Assembly: GCF_006345805.1 (NCBI RefSeq)
Contig: NW_021825904.1
Coordinates: 1-14,202, forward strand
Length of the DNA: 14,202 nt
Direction: 5' to 3'
Source of the DNA: Octopus sinensis
Taxonomy: Eukaryota
Numbering within the stretch: position 1 is the stretch's first letter; every line of letters starts with the position of its first letter. This document shows, piece after piece, positions 9,173-14,202 of this stretch. The notes below the pieces were generated by a model. That model searched no databases. It was not told the origin of the DNA and saw nothing but the letters and a program-made list of their open reading frames with translations. A program made the translations under genes and the position numbers.

Positions 9173-10311
9173 CTTTTCTACTCTAGGCACAAGGCCCGAA
9201 ATTTTAGGGGAGGGAGCCAGTCGATTAGATCGACCCCAGTACGCAACTGGTACTTAATTTATCGAGCCCGAAATGGATGAAAGCAAAGTCGACCTCGGCG
9301 GAATTTGAACTGAGAACGTAAAGACAGATGAACTACCTGTTTCTTTATTGCCTACAAAGGACTAAACACAGAGAGGAAAAACAAGGACAGACAAACGGAT
9401 TAAGTCGATTATATCGACCCCAGTGCGTAACTGGTACTTATTTAATCGACCCCGAAAGGATGAAAAGCAAAGTCGACCTCGGCGGAATTTGAACTGAGAA
9501 CGTAGCGGCAGACGAAATACCTATTTCTATTTCTATTTACTTTTTAAAGATGTTTTCACTGTTTTTAGCCGAACCGCTAAGTTACGGTTGCGGGACGTAA
9601 ACACACCAACACCAGTGGTCAAGCGATGGTAGTGGAGCAGGCACAAACACACACATACACAAACACACAAACACACACACACACACACACACACACATAT
9701 GATGGGCCTCTTTCAGTTTCCGTCTGCCAAATCTACTATCAAGGCTGTGCCCGGCCCGAAGCTATAGTAGAAGACACTTGCCAAATGTGCCAAGCAGTGG
9801 GACTGAACCCAGAACTATGTGGTTAGGAAGCAAACTTCTTACCACAGAGCCACGCCAATTAACATTATCACAAATAACAGATATTTATTTCTTTATTGCC
9901 CACAGGGGGCTAAACATAGAGGGGATAAACAAGGAAGGACAGACAAAGGGATTAAGTCGATTACATCGACCCAAGAGCGTAACTGGTATTTATTTAATGA
10001 CCCCCGAAAGGATGAAAGGCAAAGTCGACCTCGGCGGAATTTGAACTCGCAACGTAAAGACAGACGAAATACCTATTTCTATTCCTTTACTACCCACAAG
10101 GGGCTAAACATAGAGAGGACAAACAAGGACAGACAAACGGGTTAAGTCGATTCCATTGACCCCAGTGCGTAGCTGGTACTTATTTAATCGACCCCGAAAG
10201 GATGAAAAGCAAAGTTGACTTCGGCGGAATTTGAACTCAGAACGTAGCGGCAGACGAAATACTGCTAAGTATTTCGCCGGCGTGCTAACGTTCCTGCCAG
10301 CTCGCCACATT
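9173..10311 (-). mobile_element. Composite SINE: family C head plus 2 units (9886-10306), unique spacer, 5' part of family B (9534-9856), 2 family C units plus canonical tail (9173-9533)
   Basis: Modules recognised by alignment to other copies. Flanked by the direct repeat CAACATGAAATATATT at 9157-9172 and 10312-10327. Confidence 0.85.
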
Positions 10312-10364
10312 CAACATGAAATATATTATTAATCTATACTATGTTATTGAGTTCTTTTTATTCT

Positions 10365-10466
<102 letters not shown>

Positions 10467-10469
10467 TTT

Positions 10470-10942
10470 ATATAAATAAGGATAAGATCGCTAATTTAAA
10501 AATAAAATAACGATTTTGTCAAGTGGTCAGCATGGAAAAAATAACCTTCAAAGGTAATAATTATTAAAATTATAAATTAGGGTATCTACGAGATACCACG
10601 ATAGCGGCCATGATCTGATTTTAAAACCACCTAAATTGTCCATATATCAACACGGAGAGAAAACAAAGCGACAAGATGAAACTAGTAAAAAATTACTGGA
10701 TAATTCTAGATCCCGGATTTCTGACTTAGCATTTAAGAATGCTTTGCCTCGTCAGTAGAATACACACAGAAGAGAAACATAAATACGTATACATATAAGC
10801 ACAACATACGAATACAAGTTTCATCTTGTCGCTTTGTTTTCTCTCCGTGTTGATATATGGACAATTAAAGGTGGTTTTAGAGTCAGATCATGGCTGCTAT
10901 TTTCAGCATGGTGTATCTCGTAGATACCCTAATTTATAATTT
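10470..10942. mobile_element. Asymmetric foldback element 1 with hammerhead in the spacer (probable non-autonomous Penelope-like element)
   Basis: Inverted arms at 10567-10687 and 10813-10942; the left side extends about 95 nt further; (TA)n lies on both flanks; HHR at 10703-10761. The class is inferred. Confidence 0.75.
10703..10761 (-). ncRNA. Type I hammerhead ribozyme motif
   Basis: Minus: AUUCUA CUGACGA GGC AA AGCAUU CUUA AAUGCU AA GUC A GAAA UCCGGGA UC UAGAAU. Perfect 6-bp stem I, bipartite stem II, near-palindromic stem III, AUC cleavage triplet (10711-10709), one extra A before GAAA. Confidence 0.85.
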
Positions 10943-10945
10943 ATA

Positions 10946-10988
<43 letters not shown>
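10943..10988. repeat. (TA)n microsatellite
   Basis: Direct reading. Confidence 0.95.
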
Positions 10989-10991
<3 letters not shown>

Positions 10992-11291
10992 CCTCGGGCC
11001 GACCAAAGCCCTGTGAGTGAATTTGGTAGACGGAAACGAAAGAAGCCCGTCGTATATATGTATATATATATGTATATGCGTGTGTGTGTTTGTGTGTCTG
11101 TGTTTGTCCCCCTAGCATTGCTGACAACCGATGCTGGTGTTTTTATGTCCCCGTTACTTAGCGGTTCGTCCAAAAGAGACCGATAGAATAAGTACTGGGC
11201 TTACAAAAGAATAAGTCCCGGGGTCGAGTTGCTCGATTAAAGGCGGTGCTCCAGCATGGCCGCAGTCAAATGACTGAAACAAGTAAAAGAA
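10987..11291 (+). mobile_element. 5'-truncated SINE family B
   Basis: Starts at tatagcctcgggccgacc and is colinear with 5486-5872 through the tail. Confidence 0.9.
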
Positions 11292-11574
11292 TAAAAGAAA
11301 AAAGAAAAAAAAAATATATATATATAGGTGTGTGTCTGTGTGTGTGCGTGCGTGCATTTAATGCTCACTACGATCCCCATCTGATAACCTATTCCGATAT
11401 CAGATATCTTGCTTCGGCTTGATTCTGATTCATGCCACAAGGTCAGAGAGTTGGTGCAAGCCTCAGCGAACCAAAGAATATTTCTTCGTTATTGTTGACA
11501 ATCTCCATTCTTCTTTTTATAAAAATCATACGTTTAAGAGTCAGCGACACCTTCGTCAGAAAACAGGTTGTCAG

Positions 11575-11700
11575 CCATCATATACATGAATATATATATA
11601 CATATACATACACACACGACCACACATTTATCTGTATTTGTGTGTGTGTGTATGTATATATGTATATGTATGTGTGTGCTGTGTGTGTTTGTGTTCCTAT
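11575..11700. repeat. Mixed (TA)/(CA)/(TG) microsatellite tract
   Basis: Direct reading. Confidence 0.8.
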
Positions 11701-11734
11701 TTTTAGCTAAGTTGGTGCTCCTTATTGCCCTGAT

Positions 11735-11754
11735 TATATATATAAATATATTAT

Positions 11755-11801
<47 letters not shown>

Positions 11802-11841
11802 TACTACTACTAATAATAATAATCATAATAATAATAATAAT
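11735..11841. repeat. (TA)n, (CTA)n, (TAA)n microsatellite cluster
   Basis: Direct reading. Confidence 0.9.
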
Positions 11842-12083
11842 ATAGGATAAAATTTTTTTCAGAAAAACTTTCATCAAAAGTGGCAGCATATTAAAATACC
11901 TTTAAAGGTTAAAATTACAAACAACCTATAAAGAAGGGCAAAAGAAAAACTATTTCCATGCCAATATACTGAGAACAGACTTTAAATCGTCAATTTCCAC
12001 ATTTCATTTTACATTCACTATAAATACACATCGTGCTGAAATCGAGGGAAGCTAGCTAACAGAATTTATTTTTAAAAGTTCGT

Positions 12084-12148
12084 TATTTCTAATATTGAAT
12101 CAATTTCGGGATTAATCCTATGGATTCTTTCCTCTTCAGTAGAAAATA
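12084..12148 (-). ncRNA. Type I hammerhead ribozyme motif, intact core
   Basis: Minus: UAUUUUCUA CUGAAGA GGAA AG AAUCC AUA GGAUU AA UCCC GAAA UUGAUUCAA UA U UAGAAAUA. One A-C mismatch in stem II and one extra U after the AUA triplet. Confidence 0.8.
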
Positions 12149-12285
12149 CGATAAGAGATAAATGAAATACTTACTAGCACCCATAAAAAAAGATCAAGCA
12201 AGAGTCCATGAGTACACATAAGTACACATAAGTGCATGTGCTTTTTTCGATGGGTGCTAGTAAGTATTTCATTAATTTTTTATCG

Positions 12286-12349
12286 TATTTACTACTTAAG
12301 AGGGAAGAATCCATAGGATTAATCCCGAAATTGATTCAGTATAGAAATA
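12286..12349 (+). ncRNA. Type I hammerhead ribozyme motif with mutated core (CUUAAGA)
   Basis: Plus: UAUUUACUA CUUAAGA GGGA AG AAUCC AUA GGAUU AA UCCC GAAA UUGAUUCAG UA UAGAAAUA. Perfect stem II and a GUA triplet; the G5-to-U change at 12297 should inactivate it. Confidence 0.75.
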
Positions 12350-12515
12350 ACGAACTTTTTTTTAAAAAATTCTGTTGGCTAGCTTTCCTCGATTTCAGCA
12401 CGATGTGTATCTACAGTGAATGTAAAATGAAATGTGGAAATTGACGATTTAAAGTCTGTTCTCAGCATATTGGCATGGAAATAATTTTTCTTTTGCCCTT
12501 GTTTATAAGTTGTTT

Positions 12516-12566
12516 ATATATATATATATATATATTATATGTGTGTGTGTGGTGTGTGTGTGGTGT

Positions 12567-12636
<70 letters not shown>

Positions 12637-12637
12637 T
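12516..12637. repeat. (TA)n followed by (GT)n microsatellite
   Basis: Direct reading. Confidence 0.95.
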
Positions 12638-12691
12638 TACACTGACATTTCATAACAGTTAAAATGTTGAATCACAACGGTGATGTGACGG

Positions 12692-13098
12692 CGAGCTGGC
12701 AGAAGCGTTAGCACGCCGGGCGAAATGCTTAGCGGTATTTCGTCTGCCGTTACGTTCTGAGTTCAAATTCCGCCGAGGTCGACTTTGCCTTTCATCCTTT
12801 CGGGGTCGATAAATTAAGTACCAGTTAAGCACTGGGGTCGATATAATCGACTTAATACCTATGTCTGTCCTTGTTTGTCCCCTCTGTGTTTAGCCCTTGT
12901 GGGTAATAAAGAAATAGGTATTTCGTCTGCGTTACGTTGTGAGTTCAAATCCCGCCGAGTCGACTTTGCCTTTCCTCCTTTCGGGGTCGATAAATTAAGT
13001 ACCAGTTACGCACTGGGGTCGATGTAATCGACTTAATACCTATGTCTGTCCTTGTTTGTCCCCTCTGTGTTTAGCCCCTTGTGGGTAATAAAGAAATA
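12692..13098 (+). mobile_element. SINE family C: head plus two ~183-bp tandem units, no canonical tail, with 13-bp target-site duplication
   Basis: Units start at 12735 and 12918 (gtatttcgtc). Direct repeat GGTGATGTGACGG at 12679-12691 and 13099-13111. Confidence 0.92.
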
Positions 13099-13226
13099 GG
13101 TGATGTGACGGTAGAAACGGGAAAATATTAATCAAATACCATGCGAAATATAATTACGCTTCTCTGCGTTTTCGGTCCAAACTCTCCAAGGTTAAAAGTG
13201 GCACAATTCATCTTTTGATCAAAGTT

Positions 13227-13275
13227 GACTTTTAGCCTCCGAGGTTGGCGAAATAAAATACCAGTCAAGTACTGA
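13227..13275 (+). mobile_element. Highly degenerate family C central fragment
   Basis: ttgacttttagcctccgaggttggcgaaataaaataccagtcaagtactg resembles gtcgactttgcc...ggggtcgataaattaagtaccagttaagcactg. Confidence 0.45.
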
Positions 13276-13296
13276 TGTATTTATTTCTCCTATTAC

Positions 13297-13522
13297 CTTT
13301 TACTTGCTTCAGTCATTAAACTGCGACCATGCTGGGGCACCACCCTGAAGAATTTTATTCGAATAAATCGATCCAATATTTACTTTTTAAAGATTTTTTT
13401 ACTAATTTTTTCACTCTCTTTAGCCGAACCGCTAAGTTACGGTTAATGGACGTAAAAACACGAACACCAGTGGTCAAGCGATGGTGGTGCAGCAAACACA
13501 AACACACACATAGAAAAACACA

Positions 13523-13557
<35 letters not shown>

Positions 13558-13712
13558 GATGGGCCTCTTTCAGTTTCCGTCAGCCAAATCTACTATCAAG
13601 GCTGTGCCCGGCCCGAAGCTATAGTAGAAGACACTTGCCAAATGTGCCAAGCAGTGGGACTGAACCTAGAACTATATGGTTAGGAAGCAAACTTCTTACC
13701 ACAGAGCCACGC
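13297..13712 (-). mobile_element. SINE family B, near full length, diverged
   Basis: Head, CORE-like region, internal (CA)n and tail are all present; it shares private variants with 9534-9856. Confidence 0.88.
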
Positions 13713-13742
13713 TTATTAAAATTATCACAAATCATAGATATT

Positions 13743-14202
13743 TATTTCTTTATTGCCCACAGGGGGCTAAACATAGAGAGGACAAACAAGGACAGACAAA
13801 GGAATTAAGTCGATTACATCGACCCAAGTGCGTAACTGGTATTTATTTAATTGACTCCCAAAAAGATGAAAGGCAAAGTCGACCTCGGCCGAATTTGAAC
13901 TCAGAACGTAAAAACTGACGAAATACCTAGTTCTTTATTACCCACAAGGGGCTAAGCACAGAGAGGACAAACAAGGATAGACAAACGGATTAAGTCGATT
14001 ATATCGACCCCAGTGCGTAACTGGTACTTATTTAATCGACCCCGAAAGGATGAAAGGCAAAGTCGACCTCGGCGGAATTTGAACTCAGAACGTAGCGGCA
14101 GACGAAATACCTTTTTTTTTTTTTTTTATTACCCACAAGGGGCTAAACACAGAGGACAAACAAGGACAGACAAACGGATTGAGTCGATTATATCGACTCC
14201 AG
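13743..14202 (-). mobile_element. SINE family C tandem array (at least 3 units of ~184 bp, continuing past the window end)
   Basis: gacgaaatac recurs at 13917 and 14101; cccacaaggggctaa starts each unit on plus. Confidence 0.9.

Larger units (their letters stand above)
11842..12515. mobile_element. Asymmetric foldback element 2 with a hammerhead in each arm (probable non-autonomous Penelope-like element)
   Basis: Inverted arms at 11919-12192 and 12241-12515 (about 275 nt, roughly 90% identical by eye), 48-nt loop, left-only extension of about 77 nt, AT microsatellites on both flanks. The class is inferred. Confidence 0.8.

Noticed and set aside
11360-11580. Faint RTE-like RT similarity (YKKKNGDC) and an HHR-like CTGACGA at 11558-11552 (-)
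   Set aside because: The translation has stops and matches only a few residues; the HHR candidate has TAAAC instead of GAAAC and no stem I pairing.
13346-13926. CTGAAGA (about 13346) and CTGACGA (about 13915) boxes on plus
   Set aside because: They are chance variants inside SINEs, lacking a properly placed stem II, GAAA and stem I.

Overview
This window is repeat-dense, non-coding animal DNA, most likely from an octopod cephalopod; the taxon is inferred from recalled SINE families and the microsatellite density. No protein-coding gene is supported: the listed ORFs lie in microsatellites, SINEs or low-complexity DNA. It holds three tRNA-derived SINE families (my labels A, B, C), several copies with clean target-site duplications, one degenerate tRNA-like unit and many microsatellites. 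The main result is a set of type I hammerhead ribozyme (HHR) motifs: 2215-2249 (-), 10703-10761 (-), an inverted pair at 12084-12148 (-) and 12286-12349 (+), and a core-truncated copy inside 7375-7516. They lie in short non-coding elements whose 3' ends mostly abut (TA)n-type microsatellites. Two of these elements are asymmetric foldbacks sharing a terminal motif, which fits non-autonomous Penelope-like (pLTR) or retrozyme-like retroelements. A second result is a 1.14-kb chimeric SINE (9173-10311) bounded by a 16-bp direct repeat, carrying a cassette also present about 3.85 kb downstream. All alignments and folds were done by eye.
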